47,130 nucleotides of DNA from Octopus sinensis. Taxonomy: Eukaryota. The stretch spans positions 1 through 47,130 of the forward strand of contig NW_021834984.1 of assembly GCF_006345805.1 (NCBI RefSeq), in the 5' to 3' direction. Position 1 is the first letter of the stretch. Every line of letters starts with the position of its first letter. The notes below the pieces were generated by a model, which saw only the letters and a list, made by a program, of their open reading frames with translations, was not told the DNA's origin and ran no database searches. This document shows positions 12,664 to 26,134 of this stretch, piece after piece. Position numbers and translations under genes: made by a program.

Positions 12664-12991
12664 TTGTCTGTATAAATGCATCATGTTTATTTTGGCCACC
12701 TGTGTAAGTAAATAACCTTTGCTTGTAAAGACCTAACTAGTTAGGGTTCACTTTGGCTGAGCATAACTTTTATACTCAATAAGAAAGATAATTTCTTTGG
12801 TGATTCAAATATGGCATGGCAGCAGCAGATAAATTTACTATAAGGAGATGTAAATTGCTAGCAATAACAGCCAAATTTTCTCCACGTCATTATCTACACA
12901 CTTTATAAATATACAGAACTAATTTACTGTTGTATTTTGATTAAAATAGCCATCAGCATATCATATTTAAAGCAAATATATTGTTTAAGAT

Positions 12992-13218
12992 AAATATATT
13001 GGTAACAGACAAAAACCATCCAGCAGCATTGGTGAGAATGCTAGATGCACATTTCTTATTTGTTAGATTTTGTGAGTAGGTACTCACTGCCAAGTACACC
13101 TGTAGGCAAAATCCCTCATCAGCAGTGAATATATACTAAAGACAAACACAAGGTATAAATGTGCATCTACCATTCTCACCAATGGTATGGGACCATTTCT
13201 ATCTGTTACTGATATATT
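12992..13218. repeat. Imperfect foldback (MITE-like)
   Basis: 'aaatatattggtaacaga...cattggtgagaatgctagatgcacattt' versus 'aaatgtgcatctaccattctcaccaatg...tctgttactgatatattt'. Confidence 0.75.
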
Positions 13219-13739
13219 TGTTTTTTTTAAGCATAGAACAAACACATAAAAATTTTGTCTCTGGATGAATACAGGAATTAATTTGCTTTTTCACAATATC
13301 TTTATTAAGTTTGATACACATAGGGGTGTGTATATATGTGTATGTATGTATTCCTATATAAACTACTAGGTATTAGACATACTAAACCAACATCATAATC
13401 ATCATCGTTATCATCATTTTAAACCTGAATTCATTATCATTGAGCCTGTTGCTCAAGTTGAGTCAAGAAACGAGCCTTTCTGAAGTTGTTCATTTTGTTA
13501 GAAATATAAGCCAAATCTCTCTAAAATCACACCCTATCATCTCCAAAAAGAAGGGTGTAGTGTATAATGTTGCCCTAAATATTCCACAATTATATAGAAG
13601 ATGGATGATCACTGACAAAATGCCTTCTGTCATAAGTTTACTAAACCTGGGCTAACCTGGAATTAAACAACAACAAAGAAATTTAAACAAAAAGTGTAAA
13701 ATAATTTCTTAAGAGAGGTAGAATAAATAGAAAACAAAC

Positions 13740-13877
13740 CTTGATTTGTCAAATAATGCAAGTTATCGTTTCCAATCCAGAATTCAGCATCCAAGTTGCC
13801 AAAACCCTTCTTATACTCATTCCACCGTTTGAAAAAGTCAACACTGCCATCCTGTCTTTTCTGGAAAACCACCCAAC
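13740..13877 (-). CDS. Internal FReD exon (138 nt, phase 1-1)
   Basis: Acceptor tattttag|GT TGG GTG GTT TTC CAG and donor CAA G|gtttgt. Encodes (G)[45 protein letters not shown](G), the classic FReD 'QRR.DGSVDF...W.EYK.GFG....EFW.G' block. Joins in frame to 1836 across an 11,903-bp intron. Confidence 0.95.
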
Positions 13878-14252
13878 CTAAAATAGAAATATAATTTATT
13901 TTAAAAGAATTAATAAATTAATAAAGTCATCAAAACATAAATTATTTTATCAACTGAAAAAGTTGAAAGGCAAAATTAATGTTGGCTGGTAACATTAACT
14001 AAATACAAGGTATTTTGTTCAATATTCAACTAATTCTGCTCCCCAGTTACCCCTTTTCGGTGGCTGAAAATTGATTTCCTGCACAAACACATTGGAACCT
14101 ATTTTGAAGTATGTGTGTAACTGATGTAATTAACTCCAAGTTATTATTTCATCAATTACCAGAAATAAAAAGTCAATCAAGATGTGATTTGAAACTTGAA
14201 ACAAAACTGTGTAATTTAAAATACTGCAAGTCATTTTATTTGCTGTTCGTCA

Positions 14253-14289
<37 letters not shown>

Positions 14290-14349
14290 GTAGTAGTAGT
14301 AGAAGTAGTAATAATAATAATAATAATAATAATAGTAGTAGTAGTAGTA

Positions 14350-14403
<54 letters not shown>

Positions 14404-14409
14404 GTAGTA

Positions 14410-14452
<43 letters not shown>

Positions 14453-14587
14453 TTTCTAATATATATAGACACAAGGTCACAAAAATTGACAAAGAGCACA
14501 ATATTTAAAAGAAGGATACAATATTTAGAGAATATCTGTTATAATATTTAAAGTGTGAATTTATGATGTTGATAAATAATTATCATC

Positions 14588-15835
14588 ATCTAATATAGTA
14601 AATGCAAAGACTAATTTCTGTGTGTCAGTGTATCACAACCTCCCTCACTAGTCAATGACATTCCTACTATTCCTCATGATGCAGTGAGAGTAATAGTAGA
14701 CATAGAGATGGTGAGGGAGGTGGCAAAGACAGAGAAAGAGAGAAAGAAAATGTGAGGGAGAAAAAAAAAGAGAGACAAAGAAATTTAGGGAGTGTTGATG
14801 ATGTTTTATTAAAAGTAGTAGTGTTGATGGGAATAATAATAAAAGGGGAGAAAGAGTAGGTGTATGAGGGAGAGTGGGAGATGATGTACAACTTTGCTTA
14901 ACCATGTCCCTTTGAGAGAAATTCCTGTCACCAACAGACTGAACACTATCATTTTTTTAAAATTTTTTGCTGTCTTTTATATATATATACATACACACAC
15001 ACACATATATAAAATAAACTTTAATTGAAATAAAGTTTCCCCAAAATTAAACATATCTAATAATTTTAATAAAAATTTCTACAGGAAGTAGAAGGCCTCA
15101 AATTTTCGGAGAAGGGTTTAAGTCGATTACATTGATTCCAGTATGTAACTGGTATTAATTTTATTGACTCGAAAGGTTGAAAGGCAAAGTTGATCTCAGT
15201 GGAATTGAAACTCAAAACCTAACGGCAGATAAAATACTACTAACCATTTCACCCGGCATGCTAACAATTCTGCCAGCTCACTGCCTTAATATGATATAAT
15301 AATATAATATAATATAATAAATGTGAATGTCAGTGTGTCAGTGTGTCACAATTTTTCAACTTTACTCCTAGAGGCCGTAGCCCAACATATCATACCATTT
15401 TGGAATCAGGCTGACACCATGAGTAAATTAAAAACATTCCAGGCCATATCTGGACCCACAATCCTGGAATTTTGGATTCCCAAGTTTTCATTACCGTTAT
15501 TGTTTCTTGCTATTTTTTAAGTGACTTTTTGCGACAAATTCTTTTTGTGCAATAACAATTTTTATAATCTAAAGGCTAACTCCATAAGTAAATTAAAAAC
15601 ATTACAGGCTGAATCCAGCCTGCAATCCTGAAATTCTCGATTCCTATGCTTACATTACTGTAATTGTTTTTGGCAATTATTTTTGAATGATTTTTTTGTA
15701 ACGAATGTGGTCATGATTGGGATATGACTCTGGAGGAAACAATTGCAACAAATTCTGCAAAACAAGTCAGAGATCTGTTTAAAGATCTTCCCATTCAGGG
15801 TCAGTTGCTTAAAAGCTGTATGCTAACTTAAAAGC
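14588..15835 (+). mobile_element. ~1.25-kb composite interspersed element, copy 1
   Basis: Colinear with the reverse complement of 29846-31151 along its length. It contains a GA-rich block, a microsatellite, an embedded SINE (15080-15290) and an internal ~166-bp duplication (15422/15588). Confidence 0.88.
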
Positions 15836-15854
15836 TATCGAGTGGCTTTTAAGC

Positions 15855-15986
15855 TACTTTGCCTTTCATCCTTTCGGAGTCGATAAATTAAGTACCAGTT
15901 ACACACTGGGGTCGATGTAATCGACTTAATCCGTTTGTCGGACCTTGTTTGTCCCCTCTGTTTTTAGCTCCTTGTGGGTAGTAAAG

Positions 15987-15990
<4 letters not shown>
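15855..15990 (+). mobile_element. SINE family C fragment (Meta/MESC-like core)
   Basis: 'actttgcctttcatcctttcggagtcgataaattaagtaccag'. Related copies at 15080-15290 (-), 17600-17820 (-), 30330-30545 (+) and 46850-46925. Confidence 0.75.
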
Positions 15991-16020
<30 letters not shown>

Positions 16021-16147
16021 GGTCACAATGCATGACCCCATACTACTACTACTACTACTACTTAGCATTCATTCTGGAGATGAAAACCCACTGAAGTCAA
16101 CCTTGTTTTCATGCTTCCATGGTTGGTAACATAACTTTAGAAAAATT

Positions 16148-16301
16148 AATGGCTGTGTGGTAAGTAGCTTGTTTACCAACCACATGGTTCCAGGTTCAGT
16201 CCCACTGCATGGCACTTTGGGCAAGTGTCTTCTACTATAACCTCGGGCCGACCAAAGCCTTGTGAGTGGATTTGGTAGACGGAAACTGAAAAAAGCCCGT
16301 C

Positions 16302-16310
<9 letters not shown>
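16148..16310 (+). mobile_element. tRNA-derived SINE family A, 5' half
   Basis: A-box 'tggctgtgtgg', B-box 'ggttcagtccc', and the body 'gggccgaccaaagccttgtgagtggatttggtagacggaaactg'. Confidence 0.88.
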
Positions 16311-16355
<45 letters not shown>

Positions 16356-16371
16356 TTATGTGTCTGTGTTT

Positions 16372-16402
<31 letters not shown>

Positions 16403-16474
16403 TTAATAAATTATGTATAATTCTAAGTGATATTTAACCCTTTATGATAGAATAATCAACATTTTCATACTTAC

Positions 16475-16594
16475 CAGAGTCATTAAAAATGCGACATTGC
16501 ACTTTGAATTTATAGGGTGCATTTTTGGGCCTAATCGTCACAAAAAATACCCCTTTTAATTTTCTTCCACTACGTTCATACATTTCATGACAAT
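16475..16594 (-). CDS. Internal FReD exon (120 nt, phase 1-1), start of the domain; absent from the ORF track
   Basis: Acceptor gtatttttcag|AT TGT CAT and donor TCT G|gtaagt. Encodes (D)CHEMYERSGRKLKGVFFVTIRPKNAPYKFKVQCRIFNDS(G), matching the FReD N-terminal 'DC..........G.Y.I.P......F.V.C' pattern. In frame with 13877 across a 2,597-bp intron. Confidence 0.92.
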
Positions 16595-18039
16595 CTGAAA
16601 AATACAAGCAAATCTCTTATTAATAAAACATATAAAATATTCAAGATTGGAGAGTTTTCATAGTAGAAGCCATTTTTCATATCATCTTATTATCATTTAA
16701 TGCCTATTTTTTATGCTGTCAAGGGGTTGGATGGTCTAACAGGATCTGGTGATCCTCAGGGCTAGATTGTGCTATCATCCAGTAAACTTTTTATGTTTCA
16801 CCTATTCAAAATTATATACCCTTCTGTGTTATTCCTACCTTTGTTACTTGAGCCATTCTTCAGAATAATAAATATATAAACAGAAGATACAAATATTACA
16901 GGCATTTCCCTCCCTCCACGCACTAACTAAACATAGATGCACATAGAGATATACGCATGCGCAAATGAAGACACATACAATAGAAATACAAAATGGCTGA
17001 CGGTTAGTAAGGAGAGACACACAAATAAGAAAGAAGAAAGCAAAGGACCACTGATGAGGTCACAGAAGTGTGACGAAAGAACTCTGGCCGAAATAAGATT
17101 AAGATTAATGTAAAAAATAAATAACACTGAAGCAAAGTAACACCAAATATATAGTGCGTGTGTTTGTCATTGGCTAAACTGGCAAAATGACCATTCTGAA
17201 ATACAACAATATCTGTTTCAACACACGATTTCACATCAAAAATCTTGCACAACAAATATATAAGTGTAATAAATATGTCCGCAATGGTATTGGTCTATGT
17301 TGCTTTGTCACCTATTCTTCACACTGTTATTTTTACCTCATCTCTTCTTTTGAGGAAGCTAATTATGTAATTAGTGTTCTTCCATGTTACTTGTTGTTAC
17401 TATTAGAAAACACCACAACACTTTCAAAGAATATTTGAAATATCAAGAGACAAAGAAGAAACTACCAGCATTTTATGAATAGTCTTAGATAAAACACTTT
17501 AGAATGGATCAAACTTTTGTGAGTTCTACAGTTCTGCCTCGAAAAACAAAATAACTGTTAGCTACCATTCTTCCTAGATTTAAATTAAACAAAATAAATA
17601 TTGATTTCAAATTTTGGCACAAGACCAGTAATTTTGGAGGATGGAGTAAGTTGATTGCATCAACCTCAGTGATCAGCTGGTACTCATCTTACTAACCCCA
17701 AGAAGCTGAAGACAGAGTTGATCTCAGTGGAATTTGAACTCAGAATGTAAAGACGAATGAAATGCTGCGAAGCATTTTTCCTGGTATGCTAATGATTCTG
17801 CCAGCTGGAGCCACCTTAAAATGAATAAATATTGACCTGCTGACACTTGTGCCCAAATTCATTTTTGGACATTTCAAAAATAGTTACTCCATGAATCATA
17901 ACATGCAATGACTAACCAACTAAACTTCAAGTCATTTTATTGCTTTCAGCTGACATATTTGGTCAACTGACCAAATGGAACTGCAGGTTGCATATATAAC
18001 TGTTTAACTCATATAAATCAGTATATGCATAACTCTACA

Positions 18040-18520
18040 CATATACATTATTTACATTATTTACATTTGACGGATATTTATCTTCATCTTATTTGTTGTT
18101 AACACGTTTCGGCTGATGTATTTCGAACCTGAGTTCTCATTCTTAAGGTATTTTTTGATGTTATCATTATTATTATTCAGGTCACTGCCTGGAATTGAAC
18201 TTGGAATCTTGGGGGTTAGTAGCCTGTACTCTTAACCACGACACCATATGCCTGTGGTGAAGTGGTTAAGAGCGTGGGCTACTAACCCCAAGATTCTAAG
18301 TTCAATTCCAGGCAGTGACCTGAATAATAATAATAATAATATAATAATAATAATAATATAATAATAATAATAATAATGATAAGAAGAAGAAGAAGAAGAA
18401 GATCAAAAAATACCTTAGGAATGAGAATCCAGGTTTGAAATATATCAGTCGAAACGTTGTGTTAACAAGATGAAGATAAATATCCGTCAAATGTAAATAA
18501 TGTAAATAATGTACATAATT
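18040..18520. repeat. Inverted repeat with tRNA-like heads at its centre
   Basis: 18050-18240 is the reverse complement of 18262-18512. The centre 'gtggttaagagcgtgggctactaaccccaagattctaagttcaattcc' has A/B-box-like motifs. Confidence 0.85.
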
Positions 18521-18590
18521 GCTCATCTCTTAAACATAACACTGTATCTACATATATACTCCCCAAAAAGTTATAGTGAGAAATTTAATG

Positions 18591-18624
<34 letters not shown>

Positions 18625-18780
18625 TAAATATATATATATAATGTGTGTGTGAGTGTGTGTGTGAGTGTGTGTGTGTGTTTGCATGTATCAGCGCTCAGCA
18701 ATCTTTTTTTACCTGCAGTAAACTTATATTCTTTTCAAAATATGGTGGTACACCTACCATTGTCTCATGGCAGAGCACTG

Positions 18781-18814
<34 letters not shown>

Positions 18815-18820
<6 letters not shown>

Positions 18821-19131
18821 TAAATGTCACCCTTTTAAAGCCTAGCCAGGCTCATGGGCCCGTTTTCCCAGTTTCTGTGGCATATGTGTTCCCCCCAGCT
18901 GGACGGGACACCAGTTCATCGCAAGCGTTACTCAAGAAACAGGAAGAGAGAGTGAGAGAAAGTTGGGACGAAAGAGTACAACAGGTGTTGCCACCAGCCC
19001 CTGCCAGAGCCTCATAGAGCTTTTAGGTGCTTTCACTCAATAAACACACACAATGCCCAGTTTGGGAATCGAAACCGCGATCCTCCAACCATGAGTCCAC
19101 TGCCCTAACCACTGGGCCATTGTGCCTCCAC
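18815..19131 (-). mobile_element. tRNA-derived SINE family D (tail variant 1)
   Basis: Minus-strand head 'gtggaggcacaatggcccagtggttagggcag...ggtttcgattccc'; head and body shared with 22095-22476. Confidence 0.85.
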
Positions 19132-19133
19132 GG

Positions 19134-19166
<33 letters not shown>

Positions 19167-20444
19167 ATGTGTGTATTTATGTACATCAGTGTTGTCATCC
19201 TTTCCCTCTTTCTCATTTTCATCATTTTTACATCCTTTTTCCATGTTGGCATGTGCTAGACAAAATTTGTTGAGCAATTTTTTCTACCACTAGAGGTTCT
19301 TCCTGTTAATAACAACTGTCTGATTTTCAACATGGGTTATTTTCATTCCCTTGGTTCTCACACTATGAAACCAATAAAGCCACTGAAACAGTGTTTACGT
19401 TTGGAGAATGTAAACAATTCCAATTATTTTTCCCAGGTGGTCATAATGAGGCCACAAGGAAATGGCATTCACACACACACACACACGAACACATATACGC
19501 ATAAATATTTTTACTTATAAATATGCATGCATATGTGTGTGTGTGTGTATCATAAAGGAAGATAAATAGATATTCATTTGATTAATTCATGCTACATATG
19601 TTTCAATAGAATGGTAATTTATCCATATTTACAATGCATTACATAATATGATGTGATATTACAAAATTTTCATTTTTCACTACTTAATATGATTTATCAC
19701 CAGCCATCGCAGCAGGCATCATGAAACATCAATAGGAAGGTCAGTCCACAGATAAATTACCGTGCTTTTGAATAGTATGTAACATGTGTTAAACAAATAA
19801 CGACCAGTTCATTTTCATGCATATTATTTTCTCACCACATGACATGCACAGAAAATGTTGTAACAGAAATTGCAGTTTCAATATCATTTAACAAGTTAAT
19901 ATTGAGCTGATTCCTCTTCAGTTACGGTAATAGACTTAGAATGTTCATCAGTATTTCTCCAAAGTGCTTTGCTAGCCAAATACAGACTGGAGTGTTTCCG
20001 AATTGATAAACATCAGGATTGAGATCCACACCAGCTGATATAAATATAAATACAAATATAAATATACATACATATATATATATATGTATATGTTGTCTGT
20101 CTTTACACTATGAGTTCAAGACCTGCTGAGGTCTACTTTGCCTGGGGTCATCATCATCATCATCATCGTCATCATTTAATGTCTGTTGTCCATACTGGCT
20201 GGGTTAGTCATTTTAACTAGGGCTGGTAAGCTGAAAGGTTGCACCAGGCTCCAATGTGTTCTGGCAGTGTTTCTACAACTAGATGCTCTTCCTAACACCA
20301 ATCACTCTGAGAATGTAATGGGTGTTTTTATACATATGTACATATATATATATATATATATTTACACATATGGCTAGAGATAGGAGTTATGACCTCCCCT
20401 CGCAAATATTAATCAATCACGGAATGTTATATAATATATACATA

Positions 20445-21640
20445 CAAGAGAGTACTCAAAAGTAACCACAAGCCAGTTGCAGCTCAGACTTCCGCTGCTG
20501 GAAAACACTTGATGCAAACCTCAGGCATCAATCTGCCAACCAGCGTTTTGCACTGCTTCTTCCCCTATGCGCCGATTTTTGCAATGGCTGAAACAAGGGA
20601 ACAACATGCTTCTGTGAAATTGTTTTCTGTTGGGGAAAATGGCAGCCTAAACAGTTGTCATGCTTCAAACAACTTACAAGGAAGCTGCCATGAGCAAATC
20701 ACAAGTTTATGAGTGGTTTTCATGCTCTAGGAATGGTCACTTGTCACTTGAAGATCAACCTTGTTCAAGATGACTGTTGACTCCCCAGACGAATGAAGGA
20801 AACTTGAAAGTTCATAAACTGATCTTGGAGGACCATCACTGAACAATTGACTTGTTGAGATGACTTGTGTGACCAAGAGCTCCTTCTAATGAATTTTGAG
20901 TGAGGAATTGCAAAAGAAAAGAGTTTCCACTAAATCTGTGCCTCACTTGCTCATGAAAGATCAAAAGCAGTCACAACTGAACGTGTGTCATGAGCTGAAA
21001 GAACAGCTGAGAGCTGAACCAGACCTTTTTTTGAAGGTCATTATTGGTGACAAAAGCTGGTTCTATGGTTACGAACCAGAAACGAAGCAGGAATCAAGTC
21101 AATGGAAGTATTCAATATTACCACACCCCAGAAAAGTGCAAGACAATGTGAAAGGAATTTTCTACACGGAATTTGTTCCTCCTTGTCAAACTGTTAACCA
21201 GACATTTTACTTTGAAGTTCTGAAGCATTTGCGAGATGCAGTGAGATGAAGTGTCACAAGCTGTAGTAAAGTGGAGAGTGGTGGCACATACTGTCTTGAG
21301 CATGTGACAGTTTTTGATGAAAAATTGCATGACACCAGTTACACACCCTCCCTATTCACCCAATCTTGTTCTTTGTGACATTTTTTGTTCTCCTGAATGA
21401 TTAGAGTCCTTTGCGGAAAATGTTTTGCAGATGTGAAAGAAGTGAAGCCAAAATGGCAGAGACATTAAAAGGCATCACTTCACAAGAGTTCCAGCACTGC
21501 TTCAAACAGTGGAAAACACATTTGGACCAATGTATTGCTTCAAATGGAGAATTCTTTGAAGGCAAAAAAAGTGTAAACATGTAAGACTAAGTAAATGAAA
21601 TGATATTGCAAAACTCCGGTTTCTTTTGGGTAGCCCCTCA
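20445..21640 (+). mobile_element. Decayed mariner (DD34D-type) transposon with TIRs
   Basis: Imperfect TIRs 'TA|caagagagtactcaaaagtaacc' and 'ggtttcttttgggtagcccctca|TA'. Motifs MAETREQ.., SVPHLL (WVPHxL), IIGDKSWFYGYEPETKQESSQW (TGDESW) and HPPYSPNLVLCD (YSPDLAPxD). Stops and deletions present. Confidence 0.9.
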
Positions 21641-22094
21641 TATATACATATATACATACATACACACTCACACACACTATATGATTGGCTTCCTCACAGA
21701 TTTCAGTTACCTACACCACTGACAAGGTATTGGTTATCTGAGGACATATTAGAAGACATTTGCCCAAAGTGCCATGCAATAGAATTGAACCCAGTTCCAC
21801 ATTGCAATAAAGTGGACCTTGTAATAACACAGATATGCATGTGCTAGTATTGGTGCATTAATATGCAAGTACAGCAATAATGCAAAAAAGCACTTGAAAA
21901 TGTAAGCAAACCACATATTCCAATAAACTTTTCTGCTTATTTACAGCCACAAAATATATATGGACATGGGACGTCTTCCAGACAAAATTCCAAAATGTGA
22001 TATTAGGGGAATTTACTGTTTACTGTTAATGGAATCTAAAACTAACTTATAGAAACGATTTATTACAATAATTATAGAAATAAATACTTCACAT

Positions 22095-22476
22095 GGAAGC
22101 ACTCCGTCAGTTACGACGACGAGGGTTCCGGTTGATCCGATCAACGGAACAGCCTGCTCGTGAAATTAACGTGTAAGTGGCTGAGCACTCCACAGACACG
22201 TGCACCCTTAACGTAGTTCTCGGGGATATTCAGCGTGACACAAAGAGTGACAAGGCCGGCCCTTTGAAATACAGGTACAACAGAAACAGGAAGTAAGAGT
22301 GAGAGAAAGTTGTGGTGAAAGAGTACAGCAGGGATCACTACCGTCCCTGCCGGAGCCTCGTGGAGCTTTAGGTGTTTTCGCTCAATAAACACTCACAACG
22401 CCCGGTCTGGGAATCAAAACCGCGATCCTACGACCGCGAGTCTGCTGCCCTAACCACTGGGCCATTGTGCCTCCAC
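22095..22476 (-). mobile_element. Full-length tRNA-derived SINE family D (tail variant 2) with an 11-bp TSD
   Basis: Direct repeat ATACTTCACAT at 22084-22094 and 22477-22487. A-box tggcccagtgg; many CpGs retained. Confidence 0.92.
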
Positions 22477-22564
22477 ATACTTCACATATATAATGAAAGT
22501 CATTTGCTAAAAAAGACATGAAGCATGTTTGTGTTATTGATATTTCAAGTGACTCTGTACATAC

Positions 22565-22767
22565 TCTTTTTACTTGTTTCAGTCATGTGACTGTGGCCAT
22601 GCTGGAGCACTGCCTTTAGTCGAGCAACTCGACCCCAGGACTTATTCTTTGTAAGCCTAGTACTTATTCTATCGGTCTCTTTTGCCAAACCGCTAAGTTA
22701 CGGGGACATAAACACACCAGCATCAGTTGTCAAGCAATGTTGGTGGGGAAGAAACACAGACACACAA

Positions 22768-22799
<32 letters not shown>

Positions 22800-22968
22800 G
22801 CATATATACGATGGGCTTCTTTCAGTTTCAGTCTACCAAATCCACTCACAAGGCTTTGGTCAGCCCGAGGCTATAGTAGAAGACACTTACCTAAGGTGTC
22901 ACGCAGTGGGACTGAACCCGGAACCATGTGGTTCGTAAGCAAGCTACTTACCACACAGCCACTCCTAT
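22565..22968 (-). mobile_element. Full-length SINE family A
   Basis: Head 'aggagtggctgtgtggtaagtagcttgc...ccgggttcagtccc', an internal (CA/TA)n tract, and a 3' part ending 'gactgaaacaagtaaaaagag'. Confidence 0.88.
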
Positions 22969-24429
22969 GCCTATCATTGGTTTTTGTGGCAAAATCTTTA
23001 CACAACTTTTTTTAGTAATTCTGTTTATAAAGATATCATACAAATGTCTCACTAGCAGAAACATGGTCATGTCCAGGACTATGTTGTTCAATGTGTTCTT
23101 TCTGTTTTCAGGTAGTAGGGTGTGATTTATTGGTGATTTGATCTACATTCATGCATGTCAAGCATGAAGAGGTTCCCTCATTGGCTTGTAGCCATACTGC
23201 TTTGACTGCATCATGAAATTATTTGTCTTTGTCTAATAAAACCTGATAATTAAATCATACAGGGTGAGTTGGGACAGCGCAACATATGGTCGTCTCGCTT
23301 CTTACTTTTGCGTTTTTCATTTTTCTATATTCAGATAGCTCTGGCTAAGTGCCAATGGGTGTGGTACGAGTTTTTCTCCATGAGTCTCAAAATTTAGAAA
23401 GAAAAAGAGTGTTTGGAAGAAAACAGAAAACAAAAAAAAAAAAAAAGGAAAATGAAGCAAATATTCATGCTATTTTTTAAGTTTGTTTAGGACGTTCTAA
23501 GTTTACATATTTAAAAAGTAAAAATGTTTACATGGGTATATATTGTTATCAGTTTCTACTTTATATACATCTAAATATATTCAAGTACAATGTACACAAA
23601 AACCTGTATATCCATATACACATACATATACTCATATGCACATGCATACACACACTCTCTTTCTCTCACACACACACTCACTCTCACTCGCTCTCTCTCT
23701 CTTCCTTACACACACACACACACACACACAAATCTATCTACCTATCTGTATATGCATCTTTGAGTTTATATGAGTGTATGCATGTATGTATGTGTATGCG
23801 TGTGTGCTATTTCATGGTTTAAAAGGGCCAAATAAATGTTTTTACGCTATTTGTTCCATGGCCTGTGTGAGTAGCTGATTTCTTCTCCATATCACCTATC
23901 TGATAATTCCTTACCAAAGTACTCTTTAGCCCTGTTAAATGGCATTAATTTTTTTTTTTTTAGCAAAGTACACTTAAATGTTTGCTGCTGCTTTTTGGTA
24001 CATGTCTGATAACGCTTAGTCTGTGGTTGGGTTGGGTTTGGAATTCTTAAACATCTCATGGGACTTAAGCATGGCAGCAGCTAGAAAGTATACCATTTCA
24101 AGATTACCTTTGCTGTTATCTCCGTGTAAAACTTACTGGTAATTATTGTAATTACTTATTTTCTAAAAGTACTAATTGCACAACCATGCATTAAACTATG
24201 AGCTTGTCATCCCTATGTAGATCTATACTAAAACTATATCATATACTCTTTGGCTTGTTTCAGTCAGTTGAGTGTGGCCATGCTGGAGCACCGCCTTTAG
24301 TCGAGCAAATCTTTGTAAGCCTTGTACTTATTCTATTGGTCTCTCTTGCCGAACCGCTAAGTTACAGGGACCTAAACACAGTAGCATCAGTTGTCAAGCG
24401 ATGTTGGGGGAACAAACACAGACATACAT

Positions 24430-24463
<34 letters not shown>

Positions 24464-25341
24464 ACACCGCTGTATATATATATATATATATATATGTACG
24501 TAATGTGTGTGTATATGTTTGTGTGTGTATATGTTTGTGTGTCTGTCTTTGTCCCTCCCAACAGCGCTTGACAACCGATGCTGCTGTGTTTACATCCCCG
24601 TAACTTAGTGGTTCGACAAAAGAGACCGATGGAATAAGTACTATTCTTACAAAGAATAAGTCCTGGAGTCGATTTGCTTGACTAAAGGCAGTGCTCCAGC
24701 ATGGCCACAGTCAAATGACTGAAACAAGTAACAGAGTAAAAGAGAGTAAAGAGAGTAATCCATTTTGTAAACTGATGGGTATTAGGGGTAGCATCCAGCA
24801 ATGGAGCCATGGAACCATGGAACCGTGCCAAAAAACCGATACTGGAACATGATGCAGTCCTTCAACTCACCATTTTCTATCAGATGGTACAACTCATACC
24901 AGCATGGAGAGTATATACATGCACGCACGCACACACACACACACACTCATGCACGCGTGCACACATACACACGCACACACATACACACAAAAATATATTT
25001 ATATCTGTGGTTTCCGTTTTTGTTTTATATATAGTACATGATACACACTAGAAGTCTCTATTTGGAAAACTACAGAAATAAAACCCCACTGGCACATGAA
25101 GGCTTTCAAGCAATTCCAGCAGATAAGAATATTGACACTTTTAGTTTAGAATTATTCAGACTCAGACACACACACTCACACACACACGCACACAATCAAG
25201 CATGTATATATATATATATATATATATAAATACAAAATGGGAAAAGAACGCAAAACATTCATATAGACGATACAAAGAACGGACGGGTCATTCGAAGCCT
25301 CTAATCTTCAGTCAAGAACCGGATCATCCTCGCAATTTCGG

Positions 25342-25380
<39 letters not shown>

Positions 25381-25871
25381 TTTTTTTTTATCTGTGTGTG
25401 TATATTATATATATACTTATACATATGTATGCATGTATGCATGTATGAATGTATACACACATGCTCATATATAAACACACATACACACACTTGCTTTTTG
25501 GAATAATAAGAGAAAGGGAGGAGAAGCTGAGCTCATGACCTTTGACCCATACACACTGACTGCTGAGACTGATAGAGATGATGTTCAAATTGTAAACATT
25601 AGAAGAAAAAGAAAAAGAAAAAGAAAAAGAAAAAGAAAAAGAAACCGTCTGCATCAGTGGAATTCCACAGAGTAAGGAATCAGTAAGGAATTGAGGAAGT
25701 ATTTAGTACAGATATGGGTGGGTGAGTGATGGGTAGGCCGGGTGAGGAGGTCAAGACTGGGAAATAGCTACTTGGTTCACATAAATAAATATATATGTGT
25801 GCGCGTGTGTGTGTGTATGTCAATGAGTGTACATACATGTACATACACACTGATATATATATGCACACATT

Positions 25872-25914
<43 letters not shown>

Positions 25915-26134
25915 ACACCCTGATGTATTGTGTTGCTAAAGAAGATTATTTAAGTTTTTTACCAACATGCACTCAATATACACCCATGCAGTTTGAAGCA
26001 TGGGTGTATATTGAGTGTGTTTATGATTTTTAATAAAGAGATATCAAGTCTGTCTGTTTGTGCATAGCATGATCACATATCTATACTAACTGTATTGTGT
26101 ATATAATATATATTTATGTGTGTGTATAAGTATG

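Noticed and set aside
13663-13739. Tail of ORF 13663..13872 (GLFSIYSTS...)
   Set aside because: Intron read-through after the donor at 13740/13739; FReD similarity stops there and resumes at 1836.
18255-18320. tRNA gene
   Set aside because: Only A/B-box-like remnants are present, without a complete cloverleaf. It is part of a repeated inverted element; the same applies to the SINE heads.
18712-18755. Possible small exon (ag|GTGTACC...CTGCAG|gtaaaa) on the minus strand
   Set aside because: The frame needed for a phase-1 join contains a TGA, and the acceptor has no polypyrimidine tract.
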